Of a stretch of 64,000 bases of DNA, positions 13,301 through 24,900 are shown one piece after another. The notes beneath the pieces were generated by a model. The model was given only the letters and a program-made list of their open reading frames with translations, made no database searches and was not told the DNA's origin. The translations under genes were made by a program, and so were the position numbers. How positions within the stretch are numbered: the first letter of the stretch is position 1; each line of letters begins with the position of its first letter. The stretch comes from Hydrolagus affinis (taxonomy: Eukaryota), in assembly GCA_012026655.1 (NCBI GenBank), contig JAAILG010000589.1:1-64000 (forward strand), written 5' to 3'.

Positions 13301-16300
13301 GGTCTCTCAGAGCGCTTCACAATGGCAGAGTCCGGGACCAAGCCAGGGGGAGGGGGATGATGGTCGTAAGCGCGGTCGAAGAGAAAGGTCTTCAGGTGAA
13401 GAAGGTGGGAGAGGAAGGGAGTAGAAGAAGGGGTCGAGGGAGGGAGTTCCAAAGTTTCGGGTCGTAGTGGCTGAAAGCACGTGCACTGATGGTGGAGCAG
13501 AGGATAAGGAGGAGGCTGGACCCAGTAGAGAGGAGGGAGTCGGTACTGCTGTGAGGAGAGAGGAGGTTTGTGAGAAGAGAGGAGGTTTATGAGGAGAGAG
13601 GAGGTTAGAGAGGTAGGGGAACGCGGAAGAATGGAGGGATTTAAACACAGGAGTGAGGATCTTGAAGTTGGGTAACGATGGATACGGTCCTGGCTTGGCT
13701 TCTGGCGCTAGGATGAAGTCTGGTCAGTATGGGTTATTTGCCTGAACCCCAGAGCTGTGGCAATCAGAGGATGAGCGGAGGCACTGGATCACACACTTGC
13801 AACCAGGTTGTTTTTTGGGGGGGTGGTAGGGGGAGGGGTAATACCACTTGGTGCATAGGGGACATTATGGGAGGGGGAAAGTGAGAAGAACAACAAAATT
13901 ACACGCACATACTGGGATAAAAATGCATCAGGCGCACTCAGGTAAACCCAGTCATTTGCAAATGGAGGGATTGTTCTGAAGGAGAATTAACATGTAAAGC
14001 AGAGGTGCGTGTTAGCTCACTGTACACCGTGACTGAAGGACAAGCAAGCACTCATTTGGGGGCAATCTTAGCAACCAACGCAGTCTTCCGTTAATGTATC
14101 TGTTAAATATGCTCTGCTTCACACACTGACTAAAAGCGGCAACGTTTGGGAGAAAGTCAACGGTAACATTGACTTGAACAGCAAAGCAAAAGGTCAACCT
14201 GCCCTTTCTGTGAAAAACCTGCTGTTTTGAAATATTTATTTAAGAACCCGCCTTCGCTATTATCGTGTTCCTATCCATATGTCACAGCAGCTGCTGCCGG
14301 TCTGTTAAAGTGTGTTCCACGGCAGCAAAGACCTGTCTCTCAGCTCTTTTAATGATTTACCAAAGGTTTTCAGTTTGTGGCTAACGCTGGACTCGTGAAA
14401 CTGCGAACACCTAGTCAGCACTTCCCCTTGCATGGTTGATCACGAAGCACACACACAGTCACTGCACTTTACAGCGTGTCCTGTGAAGAGCTTTGGGACG
14501 TCCTCCGGTCGTGAAAGGCACTTCCAACCAAGTGCAAGTTTTCAAAAATGATTATTGACTCGACACAAACGACAAGTAAAGACACAACACATCCGTGTGT
14601 GTACTGTAACCAAGTTCAACTGCAAAGGGTATTTCGCTATGACTGAAACAGAAAACATGGTACACTCAACGATTTTTAAAAAAACGCAAACAGGTGCATA
14701 TATTTTGCTGATTATATAATTCATCACTCAATCAAACAATATTCCTTGCACTTGATATATAGCGCCTAATCACGCTGCCCGAGATGCCCCAAAGCGCTTC
14801 ACAGAGTATCCTGGAAAGTGGATCGACTGTGTATTGCTGTGGGCAAAAATGAAAGGCACTGAATATTTATTATTCCTGAAAACTATTTATTACTTTGTGT
14901 GCAAATCAAAGCTGGATGTGTAAATCCCACAGCAGGACCTAATTCGAAGATGATGCATTAGCGTTACGGTTGATAAACCTCACATGGCTTTTGTTTTCTT
15001 CAAAGTTGAACGAACAATACAGCGCAGCGCAGTACATATGTTTCACTATTGTTGATTAGTAGTCTGGAACAACCTGCTGACATGGCCTTTTCCAGATAAA
15101 AGTATGGCTTGCAAAAAAAAAAACTGCTTGCCAAGATAAGCAGCTTCTAGACAGTTTCATACTGCTCCTACAGGTCTACCTACAAATACCCCATTGCTTC
15201 ATTTTACCACAATTAACTGTGAAGCTCTTTTGAGAAGCTTTGCGGTTTTGTACCCATGTGAAACTCCAACGCAGTCCACTTTAATCCACTTTATAATATA
15301 TTCTGTGAAGCGCTTTGAGCCGTCTCAATGACGCGATAAGGCACATTATCAAATGCAAGGATTATTATTATTATTATTATTACGACTACTACAGAGGGCT
15401 AAAAGCAAGGCGTTCGTATCGAGTTACCTTGCCCCCTATGAGTTTGAGGTTTGGATCCAAACTTCACTGGGAGAGGGAGCTGTTTGTTAGGTGCACAAGA
15501 GCGAGCAGTAAACGATAAAAACAGACTAATCTCAGCCAAGAGGCCGAGGCGGGCGAAGAGACCCAAAACTAGAATTGGAGCCCACGGCAGCTAAGCTGTT
15601 AAGTAACAAGTAAATACTTAATTGCGGGCACCTCATTTAGAATAAGGAGGGGATATGGTAAGCTGGGTGGGTCAATGGCTCCACTACATTTGTCAGTTCA
15701 TTAGGTCCCAGATTATTATATTCAATATTTTTGAAAACAACTTTCAGTTCCCCTTACCCAGTGACGCATGGGCTCAATAATTTGATGGATAAAAGGATTT
15801 GAAAGTAATTTTGAAGCTAGCCAAATCTAGTCAGTGAACTGTGAGTCCCCAAAGCCATTATCTATTCAATTGAGTGATTTAGATATTCCAATTCTGAGCA
15901 CTTCAAATAGCAGACACTCTGGTTTTAAGGCTATAAATGGATTGATTCTCTGCTGACGTGACAAAGGCATCATTAGCTCTGCTCTTCTGTCAATTTTAAT
16001 TCCACTATTATTCCCGCGGGACAAAAGATTCAGGGGCAAGGAAGTCACCCAAGGAAGGAAATCTTGAACGGGTGATACTGAGGCAACGTTTTTAGGACCG
16101 TGAGCCCATTTTGTCACTAAGGTATTTATGAACAACAACAACAACAACTACAACAACAACGGCTTGCATTTATATGGTGCCCTTCACGTAAGGGTCTCGG
16201 AGAGATGAAAACTTTGAAATCCAATCTGATTTGCGAGCTTCTTTCCTTTTTTTTAAAAAAAATGAATAATGGAAAAACATCTTCAGAAAAAAAATGCCGT

Positions 16301-19300
16301 CCTCAGTTTTAGGACAGTATTGGTTTTGTGGGCAGAGACTAGATGGGATTGTGAGCATTTTGTGCTTGCGTGCGTGCGAGTGAGCACAAACATTCCCATT
16401 ACTGTACTGTGATGCACTGAATTACCCCCAATGGCCTGGTGCTGTGCACACATTTGTTTAGTGATGTAGATGCAGCACCTGCTTTAGTTGGCTCTGTCCC
16501 TGTCGGTCAATATCTCCACATGGTATTATCCCAGTAATTCACATCATTTGCAGGAAACGTACATTACGCACACCTTTCACGGCAATCGCCTTCAATTCAA
16601 ACGGCAGTTAAGAGATGCCAATCTTTTTGCTCGGGCTTTTGTAATCGGCAAGAGGTAATTAATGTGGGGGATTATTGGCCAGGATACTGGGGGGAAAAGA
16701 ACCCCTCTTCTCATTTCAAACAAAGTGGTTGTATCGCTAATGTTCGCTTGAAAGCTGCCCGACAGGACCTCGGTTTATAGCTTCGTTCGAAGGACTGTGT
16801 CTCCAACAATTCAGTGTTCCTCTTTGACCTCTCGTTTGTTTCTTTCATCTCAAGACCTTCGTCTTTGGGCATCCTTCCCACCCACCGTCTCCTCCTTTGT
16901 TCCCCACCTCTTGTTGTTTCCCTAATGACTGCGCTGGGGTCAAGAGCAACAAAATTACACTTGAATAGCGCCTTTCACATCAGGAGGACGTCTCAAGTCA
17001 CTGTTTCAGACCCGAGCTGGAGACGGGTGGGTGGGGTGGGGGGGGGGAAAAAGGGGGAGGAATAACAACAACATCTTGGATTTATATAGTGCCCTCCACG
17101 CCAAATGGCGTCTCAGAGCGCATCCCAATAATGATCGAGCCAGTGGGTGGGGGAAGAAAGTGACCAAAAGCGCGGTCAAATGAAAAGGTCTTTAGCCGAG
17201 AATAGGAGTTGCCGATGGGACCATCGAAGAGGAGAGTCTTGAGGTGGGACTTGAAAGAGGCCAGGGACATTTCCAAGTGTAGCTGGCTCAGGCTAGTTTG
17301 GATACTCTTTGCATATATTTGTAAGCACAGTAATAGGATATTTTGCATCCGTGCAACACCCAGCCTAACCAAATAAATGAATAGCCCTGGTCCTGAACCA
17401 GATGGGGCTTTTCCCTACCCAGATTCACTTAAATCCTTAACAGGATGCTTACTAAACTGTGTTGCACATTAACTTTGAATTATATAAGAACATGCAGTTC
17501 TTCCAAGACTCCTGCCCACTCTTCCTTTACTTGCCAGAAAAGATGTGACAGTTTGCTTTGGTAGTGCCTATGATTTGAGTACAGTAGATCTAGAGCCAGT
17601 ACAGTACTTGATTTAAATAACAATAATAATTGTTTCATTTGATATAGTGCTCCATTGTGTCGTATTGAGGTCTCAGGACTCTTCACAGGATATACTATAA
17701 AGTGTGGTAATTGCATTTATTTGTAGGCAAATGTGGCAGTCTATTTGTGCACAAAGATGTACCACAAACAGCCAGGGAATGAGTGACCAGTTTTATTTGA
17801 GGGATTGTTGGCCAGGACACTGGCAGAAAATCCTGTTCCTTTTCGAATTCATGGTCAAAGTCTTTAAACGCGCAGATGTTTTATGCTGAAATGCAATTTA
17901 TAAACTAGGTTGCAGAGTCTAAAACATTGGGGATTCATGGAATGCTCAGAAGTTCCTCAATTTTCCACGGTTTGCCCCTGGCCATCCACACTCACCCCCC
18001 TATCCCACACCAATCCAAGTTGGATAAAAATAGTGTAAAACTCCCATTCCCAAGGGACAAATCTCTGGTATGAATGCAAGTCATACAGAGGAAAGTTTGA
18101 AATATCCCTGAGTCATTGTTTTGACCGATTTTTCTATGATTAATTCTCCTTCAAGTGCAGGCAGGGGAATCCACGATGTGCAGAAGCAGACAAGCAAACT
18201 GATCCTGTAACTAAATATATTTTTTCTTCGTCCTGAAATCCTCTCTACATGAAAGCCACTGTACAAATGTAATTTGTTGCAGTTGCATTTTGAAGCAGGA
18301 GAACTCCATTCCACAGTCTCTTCGCCTTGCTCCCTCCCTTGCCTCATTCAAGGCCCATGTCAAGGCCCTCCTCTTCGACCGCGCCTTCGGTCATCCTCCT
18401 ACCCCTACCCTCACTACTCTCCATTCCTCAGATCCCAACCAGCACCCCCCCCCCAGCTGGGATCCAAATTCTTGACAGTCCAGTGCCTCGGCATGTCCTC
18501 CCTACAGGTTTCTATACAAATGCAGTTTGTATGGTTGTTGTTGCTACTGAAGCTGAAGCTATGGTCATTTCTGTGACAGTTTTAAACCTTTTTTTTGGGA
18601 GGTGGAGGGAGTTAGATAGTATCTAGCATAAGATTGGGCTGCAACCCATAAAAGTATCATTCCCATTCTTTTAAGACAAAGCATTAAGAGTTCTGTGGAA
18701 AATATGTGTGTTTAAGGTGAAGAATGAGGAAGCTTTATGAATAAACCAGTTTTGAGTTGGCTGATCTGCAAATAACAGACAGGTATTGGTTTAAGAAGGG
18801 ATAGGTGGCTGGCTGCTTGTGTAATCTGGTGTATTTCACCACATTGCGAACAGTTTTGCAAAGATTTGTCCTCTTAACAATGATCTTTTCTTAAAAAACA
18901 CATTGGCTGTTTATTTATACACCGAGTCAAGCATCTTTCTCTCGCTTCTCCTATGCATCATTTAAAATATAATAATGACAATAACTCTTGCATTTGATAA
19001 AGCGCCTTATCATGTTAATAAGAAATCTTCAAGCTCTTCACAGAATATATTGTACAGCGTAGTGCAATAGCCGTGCATCTTGTGGGCAAAACATGGCAGT
19101 CAATTGCGCACTATTGTGTCCCACAAACAGTCGTGGATTGAGTGACTTTTTTTGGAGAGATTATTATTATTATTACTTACAGTGCGTAACCTCCTGAAAT
19201 CATCTCATGCAGCACTCGCTAAGTCATCTTAGCCCCGTATAGCCCCGTTATATAGCATAAAGTGCTATATCAAATGCAAGGAGTATTAATAGCAGTGGTG

Positions 19301-20319
19301 ACACAGTAGGTTTTGCCTCATTGTACTTTGATGCAAGGAGTTTCTAAACAGGTGCCAAAAAGGAACCTGGCTTTAACCCATGAGAACCTGAAATCAACTT
19401 GCATATGAACAACGTCGCAGGTACACAGTTTCTAACATTTTGAACCAGGGTCAGTGATGATTGCAAGGCTATTCACACCAGTTCCAGCCCAAGGAAACAC
19501 TAAAAATAGACTTTTCATTTCTTTTACACAAACTGTAACAAAATGCCAGCGATGCAGATTTGAAAAGCAGAAAGCCATGCTGGTTATCAACCATGAGATC
19601 TTGGTTTTTAAGCAAGCGCTTGTCTGATGGAAATTTTAAGGTGCAACCTGGTACTAGATGATGATGAATTCAGAAAAGTCCTTGGAACAACAACTACTCA
19701 AAAGGCACACAGAAAACTCTTCCATATGGTCAGATAAATGTGCCCTCCACACACACACACACACACATCCACTTTAAACCGTCGACTATTGTTATTTACT
19801 GCAAGCAAACAAACAAATGTACAAAATCATTCTTTTTGCCTCAAATTAAAAAAAATTCTAGAAAACATATCCCAGAAAAAAAAATCCACAAAATTAAGAC
19901 TTTTTTTTTTGCACGTGTTGTTTCCTTCGTGCAGGTTACAGAATTGTTTTAAAAAACAAAAGAAAAAAAACCAAATGATAGGTTAAGCTAAGAAGGTTTA
20001 TTTCCATTTGACCCATGCAAGGCAGGTAGGTAGGTAGACAGGTAGATAGGTAAGACAGGCTGGCAGGTAGACAGGTATTAAGAATGAAATAGATAAGAAA
20101 GGGACATTCAGAATGATATCAAACACCTTCCTTCCTTACTTACTCAATTGCTTACTTTGGGTCTGTCTGTCTTATTGACTGACTGAGTGTCTTATTTATT
20201 TATTGACTGACTGACTGACTTACCTCTTTGCAAATGGGAAGGTTTCCTGTTGTCTGGAGAGGTTTCAACACAAAGAATAGCAGCAGCAGCACATAAAGGG
20301 AAGAATTGCTCCTATTCAT
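1176..20319 (-). CDS. ELAPOR1: ELAPOR1 (KIAA1324/EIG121), endosome-lysosome associated apoptosis and autophagy regulator 1; exons 1-16, gene continues past the left window edge
   Basis: 16 exons join in frame (2245 nt, 748 codons + 1). Signal peptide followed by Cys-rich ectodomain motifs ([66 protein letters not shown]). ATLMY.V.LKQ.GTV and HTLCYNDC favour ELAPOR1 over ELAPOR2; so does adjacency to CFAP276. Confidence 0.93.
1500..1670 (-). CDS. ELAPOR1: ELAPOR1 exon 15
   Basis: ctgcag|[11 protein letters not shown]...[20 protein letters not shown]|gtaagg, 171 nt. Confidence 0.95.
2403..2666 (-). CDS. ELAPOR1: ELAPOR1 exon 14
   Basis: tttcag|[32 protein letters not shown]...[13 protein letters not shown]|gtaatg, 264 nt. 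Confidence 0.95.
2750..2789 (+). repeat. G-rich (GGGGTGGA)n microsatellite, G-quadruplex capable
   Basis: ggggtgggg tggagggg tggagggg tggagggg tgga. Confidence 0.8.
2815..3075 (+). mobile_element. CR1 LINE 3' end fragment
   Basis: ttcacccagagg..gtgagaatgtggaac...gcattcaagaggaagctaga...gatgggccgagtggc, typical of a CR1 ORF2 end and 3'UTR. Confidence 0.7.
3190..3412 (+). mobile_element. L2-clade LINE 3' end fragment
   Basis: Encodes [36 protein letters not shown] (typical L2 ORF2 C-terminus), then tail gggacgtcctcccggcgtgaaaagcac. Confidence 0.8.
3457..3591 (-). CDS. ELAPOR1: ELAPOR1 exon 13
   Basis: tttcag|[45 protein letters not shown]|gtaggg, 135 nt. Confidence 0.93.
5096..5201 (-). CDS. 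ELAPOR1: ELAPOR1 exon 12
   Basis: gcacag|[35 protein letters not shown]|gtgagt, 106 nt. Confidence 0.94.
5431..5705 (-). mobile_element. SINE copy, same family
   Basis: Same head, core and tail with a small internal deletion. Confidence 0.85.
6212..6302 (-). CDS. ELAPOR1: ELAPOR1 exon 11
   Basis: tttcag|(G)[29 protein letters not shown]|gtaaga, 91 nt. Confidence 0.95.
6747..6875 (-). CDS. ELAPOR1: ELAPOR1 exon 10
   Basis: actcag|(E)[42 protein letters not shown]|gtgtgc, 129 nt. Confidence 0.93.
7252..7497 (-). mobile_element. SINE copy, same family
   Basis: Head and core present; tail partly deleted. Confidence 0.8.
7736..7916 (-). CDS. ELAPOR1: ELAPOR1 exon 9
   Basis: tttcag|[40 protein letters not shown]...YSDGSI|gtaaga, 181 nt. 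Confidence 0.95.
7979..8279 (-). mobile_element. SINE copy, same family
   Basis: Tail, core and degenerate head. Confidence 0.85.
8453..8541 (-). CDS. ELAPOR1: ELAPOR1 exon 8
   Basis: aaacag|(E)[29 protein letters not shown]|gtaaca, 89 nt. Confidence 0.94.
9042..9191 (-). CDS. ELAPOR1: ELAPOR1 exon 7
   Basis: ctcaag|(G)[49 protein letters not shown]|gttagc, 150 nt. Confidence 0.94.
9360..9465 (-). CDS. ELAPOR1: ELAPOR1 exon 6 (GAG acceptor, GC donor)
   Basis: tacgag|[36 protein letters not shown]|gcaagt, 106 nt. Confidence 0.9.
9737..9820 (-). CDS. ELAPOR1: ELAPOR1 exon 5
   Basis: ccccag|[28 protein letters not shown]|gtaagt, 84 nt. Confidence 0.92.
10336..10483 (-). CDS. ELAPOR1: ELAPOR1 exon 4
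   Basis: gaccag|[49 protein letters not shown]|gtaagt, 148 nt. Confidence 0.95.
11108..11300 (-). CDS. ELAPOR1: ELAPOR1 exon 3
   Basis: ctgtag|(S)[42 protein letters not shown]...ENCT|gtaagt, 193 nt. Confidence 0.95.
12282..12402 (-). CDS. ELAPOR1: ELAPOR1 exon 2
   Basis: tttcag|[40 protein letters not shown]|gtgagc, 121 nt. Confidence 0.95.
13255..13670 (-). mobile_element. L2-clade LINE 3' fragment
   Basis: Minus-strand FKILT..FKSLH...[10 protein letters not shown] remnants and (TGT)n tail. Confidence 0.75.
20224..20319 (-). CDS. ELAPOR1: ELAPOR1 exon 1 (signal peptide)
   Basis: gagccATG Kozak context; [32 protein letters not shown]; donor GAG|gtaagt, phase 0 matches exon 2. Confidence 0.85.
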
Positions 20320-23300
20320 GGCTCAGTCAGATGGACAGAGATAAAGCTGAGCACTGAGCCACAACGCAGGAGCAGGCAGGCGGGGCTGAGCACTTGTTGC
20401 TTTTGCTAGGCTTGCAGTCTGTCCTGTCTGTATCTATGTCTATGTGTGTGTAGAGGCGCTGGATGAATGCTTCACAGAAACACCAGAACCCTCCCTCCCT
20501 CTCAAACCCAAACAGAGAGCTTGAAAATTAGCCACCACCACCTTGTCATAGCATCAACTAATCGCTCAACCCATCCAGCTCCTCCTCCCCTGTCCAGTCT
20601 ATTGCATTGGCCATGGTCCCACCTCCTTCAAGCCAGGACAGTCCAGAGGCACCTTCCTGGGAGCATCGTTTGGGTGGTGGGGTGGGGGGGGGCAACTGTC
20701 TCAGACCCCCAAATGCTGGCAAGCAGTGAGCAATGGAAACATGCCTTGCATCCTTGAGACTAGCTGGACTTCCCACTTTCCATGCCACACACAAACTGCT
20801 CAAGTCCCAGCCAGTCATCACAAACTGCTCCCCACTACCCCCTCTCCCCCACCCCCCCCAACCTTTTTTTTTTGAAAAGTCTTCATTCCAATCAAAAACA
20901 ATCACTGGTGCCATAGTGATAGAATGTGCTGACAGCTGAGATTCGAACTGTCTGTAACTCTACTTCCGTGATCGATATGGAGCATTGACCAGAGGGTTGA
21001 CAGCACTGACAGTACAGTTAGTGGCGCTCAGTCCTCGGCAGAAACAAATTGCGTTCGTATCAATAATAAAAATTGGTCACTTTCAATCCACGAACTGTTT
21101 GTGGGGGGACGGACGCTGCTGTGCGCAATTGGCTGCCGCGTTTCTCCCACAAATATACAGTCAATTCATTTTACAGTATATTCTGTGAAGCGCTTTGAGA
21201 CGTCTAGAAGTCGTGAAAAGCGCTATATCAAATGCAAGGATTATCATTATTAATAATAGACCATGCATAACGCTAAGTGTTGTTCAAATAGGTGTTACAG
21301 ATGGGGGCTCCCTGCTTGACAGTTGCCTAATAAAATCAATCATAACAGCTCTCAAAATCTCACCCACATGTATGCTGATGAAAAGGGGCGTCTCAGTGTT
21401 ATAATTAAGTGCACAAGTGCTAAATGGAATAGAGAAAATGAACCCGGAATAACATTTTCAGATACACCGAGACAACAGAATAACAAGTTCCAGTTTTGGA
21501 CAATTTTGCCTGACACCTGAGGACAGCTTCAAATGCATTCTTCTAGGTTCACACACCCTTGCTTTTTTTGTGATGGTGATAAATTTGCACAATCCATTAT
21601 AGAATCATATTTTTCTCCAGCCAGAAGGGGGCAATCAGTACATGGTGTCTGTGTTGGTTCCCGAAAGACCTATTCATTAAATCCCATTCCCCCTGCCATT
21701 TTGCTATTTTTGAAAATTTCAAATGTTTGTCTAATTCCCTTTTCAAAGCAATTGTGGATCATCGCCACCCACTGTCCGAATAAATCTCTGTGTCGTCACC
21801 TCTCTTTTCCCGTTTTTTTTAACAGGAGACTTTTCACAAGAAGTACAGTACAGTAATATAATCCTTGCCTGAAGTTTTGATATGAAGTTTTACACGTTAA
21901 GAGGATGTTTCAAATGCTTTGCAGGTCATATAAAGTGAATGAACAACACTACTATACAACAACAACAAAATTACATTTATATAGCACCTTTCACGTCGGG
22001 AGAACGTCCTAAGGCGCTGGAGTCCCGAGACTCATACAATATGAGTTTGAAATCTTGATGTGGGCTTGACCCCATCAGCTTCTGACTCGGAGGTGAGAAT
22101 GTTGGCGACTGAGCCAGCCAATACAATAAGCAGAAATAGTATGAATTATAAATGCATGAAAATGCATTATATAATGCTCTTCACATGAAAAAAAATTCTT
22201 GAAGCACTTCACAAAATAGGGTTAACCCAGAAGTTAACTCAATCTGGGCATGCAGACTCAATATACAATATCTTAAACTTGGTACTGGTGTCAGGCTCTG
22301 CCACTGTTAAGCGATCCTACACTGCATGGAGGACACTATGTAAGTGCAAGTTGTTGTCGTTGTTGGATATATTGCTTGAACCCAAAGTTCAGAACCTTAG
22401 TCTAGGCACTGAGAATGCCTTCGACTAACTTGTCACAGCCTTTGCAATGTGTGGCACGCTATATAAAATAGTTGTGACAGCTATCATTTAACAATGTATT
22501 TAAGTTTGATTTCATTGACTTGAAGGCTTTGAGTGATTGCCTCATTTCGTTCTCATACAGTACTAAGATATGAGACGACAACAAACAACACAGACATGTG
22601 GAGTAAGGAAAATTGTAAGGAAACTTGCCAAAGGTTTTGTCCTGCCTGGGAATCGAAACTGGGTCCTCTCGTTTGCGAGACGAGTGCTCCAACCAATAAA
22701 CTGTTGTGAAAACGTGAAACTCATTCCAAGATTGGTTCAATACCAATTCCTACTGTTGAATCCACACAAGCAGATTCCCCAAAGTCACGTTAAATTATAT
22801 GGGGTGGTGAGGGGTGGAAGCGTGTGTTTCAATTTGTCCGTGTTTGAAGCTTGCGGAGTTCATGGCAAATTAGCTAGTTGGATTGAAAATCGGTTTAGTG
22901 CTGGGGGAAGGTAATAATAAATTGGAAAACCTCCAACAGGAAGAAGTGGGTAGGAAGCTCCAATCTGCATCTACTGTTGTCCCCACTATTGCACGGAGGA
23001 GTGTACTGACTCTAATAATAACATAAAATCTGCTAATTATGCTTTGTGAGCAGCCAAATAATAGGTAAAAGGCATTCAAGAAGATCTGGAGCAATTAAAT
23101 AGAGTGGATTAAGCAGATGGATTTGGATGTAAATCAATAAGTAAGGTAAGGTAAAGCGCATTGGAACAGTAAACAGTAAACGGACATACAATAGTACAAG
23201 CAGATGGGAGAAGAAAATTAAACGAATGAATGTTGGTATTATTGATGATTCACGGAAGTTTTTCCAGTCAATGTGAAACTGATCAGTGCAATCAAATGCT

Positions 23301-23424
23301 TGAGTGCATTTCGAAGGCATTTCAATCTAAATCAAAGCAAGTTATTCTAACCATACATCAATCCCTCACGAGGCCACATTTATAATATTATGTGCAATAC
23401 AAGGAATGTTACCATCAAAATGTC

Positions 23425-23822
23425 TCAGTATGGCCCGAGTTGTAGCACTCTCTACTCTGAGTCAAAGTTTACCGGTTCAAACTCCATGTCAGCACTTGGA
23501 ACTCATTTAATCTAGGTCAACACTCCAATGCAGTGCTGGGGGAGTACTGCATTATACAAGTCACTGCTCTTTGGATAAGATGTTAAATCAAGGTACCATC
23601 TGCCCGTTCGGCTGGATGTTACAGATGCTAGTTAACAACCTGAAACAAAATTGGTTATTCGCTTCATGGCCATTCATGGAACATGGCTGTGTGTAAATTG
23701 GCTGCCGGGTTTGACAACACCGGCAAAAGTACGCAGTCACTACATTTTACACTATAATCTGTGAAGCGTTTTAGAGTACCCTCTTGATATGAAAAGCACT
23801 ATTCCAAGAATAAGGATTATTA
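23425..23822 (+). mobile_element. Older, longer DeuSINE (SacSINE1/AmnSINE-like) copy
   Basis: cactccaatgcagtgctgggggagtactgca...tttggataagatgttaaatcaagg body plus aaattggctgccgggtttg core; a similar copy lies at about 50095-50412. Confidence 0.6.
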
Positions 23823-24686
23823 ATATTGTACACACTCCAGAAAGAGGTTACATGGAACATAGTGTGGGATATTATTTTTTACCACTTGGTGGGAGCCATT
23901 GCTTCAATTCCCTGAGTGTGTCTTAGTGTGAGGGTATACATGGCTGTCACGTCCATCACTTTTATCAACTTCAACGTCCTCCAGACGTGAAAGGCGCTCT
24001 ACAAATGTAATATTGTTGTTGTTATTGTATTACATAAATACAGAATTTAGAACATTAGCATGGGGGTGGAAAATGAAAACATTTATCCCACAGAACAATT
24101 ATATCAAATGCAAGGATTATTATTATTATCTCTTGTTCATATTAGAACTCAAACGAAAATTATTTTCCAAGCCCTTAAAATTGCTTCTTTCTTACAGTGC
24201 GGACTAATTTGCTAGTAGTGTTAAACATAATAATAAATAATGCTTGCATTTAAAATAGAGCCTTATCAAATCTTCGAGACATCTTAAAGCGCTTCACAGT
24301 ACATATTTTAAAGTGTAGTGACTGTTTGGTGGGCCAAATGCGGCAACCAATTGCACACAGATGGGTTGTGCGTAGAGAATTCGACCTTAACCTTTCAGCA
24401 CGTTGGGACATCCTCCTGACGTGAAAGGCGCTCTACCAGTGAAATTTTATTGTTGTTAACTGCGATTCACAACCGACAGAAAGGATACCAGTTGATACGG
24501 TAAGTCTTTACACTGGTTCTGAATTGCATAATTAAGGGAGCGCACTTGGGCACTTGGAATTCCCTTATCTGTACCCAATGGGTTTACACAACTGGCAGAT
24601 TGGGATCCTCCCCACACACCCCCAGATTTAGACAGGAGACAGCAGGGTGAACAATGCAAAGCTTGTCACTTTTCCTCTCTTGTGAA

Positions 24687-24743
24687 GTAACCATAGAGAC
24701 AATAGGCATGGTAACCTAGGAACTGGCTGAAACGCAGCAAACA
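24687..24743 (+). promoter_or_regulatory. Ciliary-gene promoter module: two RFX X-box-like sites and a forkhead-type motif
   Basis: GTAACCATAGAGAC (24687-24700) and GTAACCTAGGAAC (24711-24723) resemble the RFX X-box; GCAAACA (24737-24743) fits RYAAACA; all lie about 80-130 nt upstream of the CFAP276 ATG. Confidence 0.7.
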
Positions 24744-24819
24744 AATGTCACACAACCACTCTTCCAACCCCTTTAAGCCTTAATAAAACTCAGCAGCAAG
24801 GCTGACTGTTGTGAAAACA

Positions 24820-24900
24820 ATGCCATCGACCAGAGACCCGTATCCTTTCCCTAGATTTGAAAACGACGACGATTTTAGGGGCCCAGAAAATAAATTCCAG
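24820..24900 (+). CDS. CFAP276: CFAP276 exon 1
   Basis: acaATG MPSTRDPYPFPRFENDDDFRGPENKFQ|gtaatg, 81 nt. Confidence 0.9.
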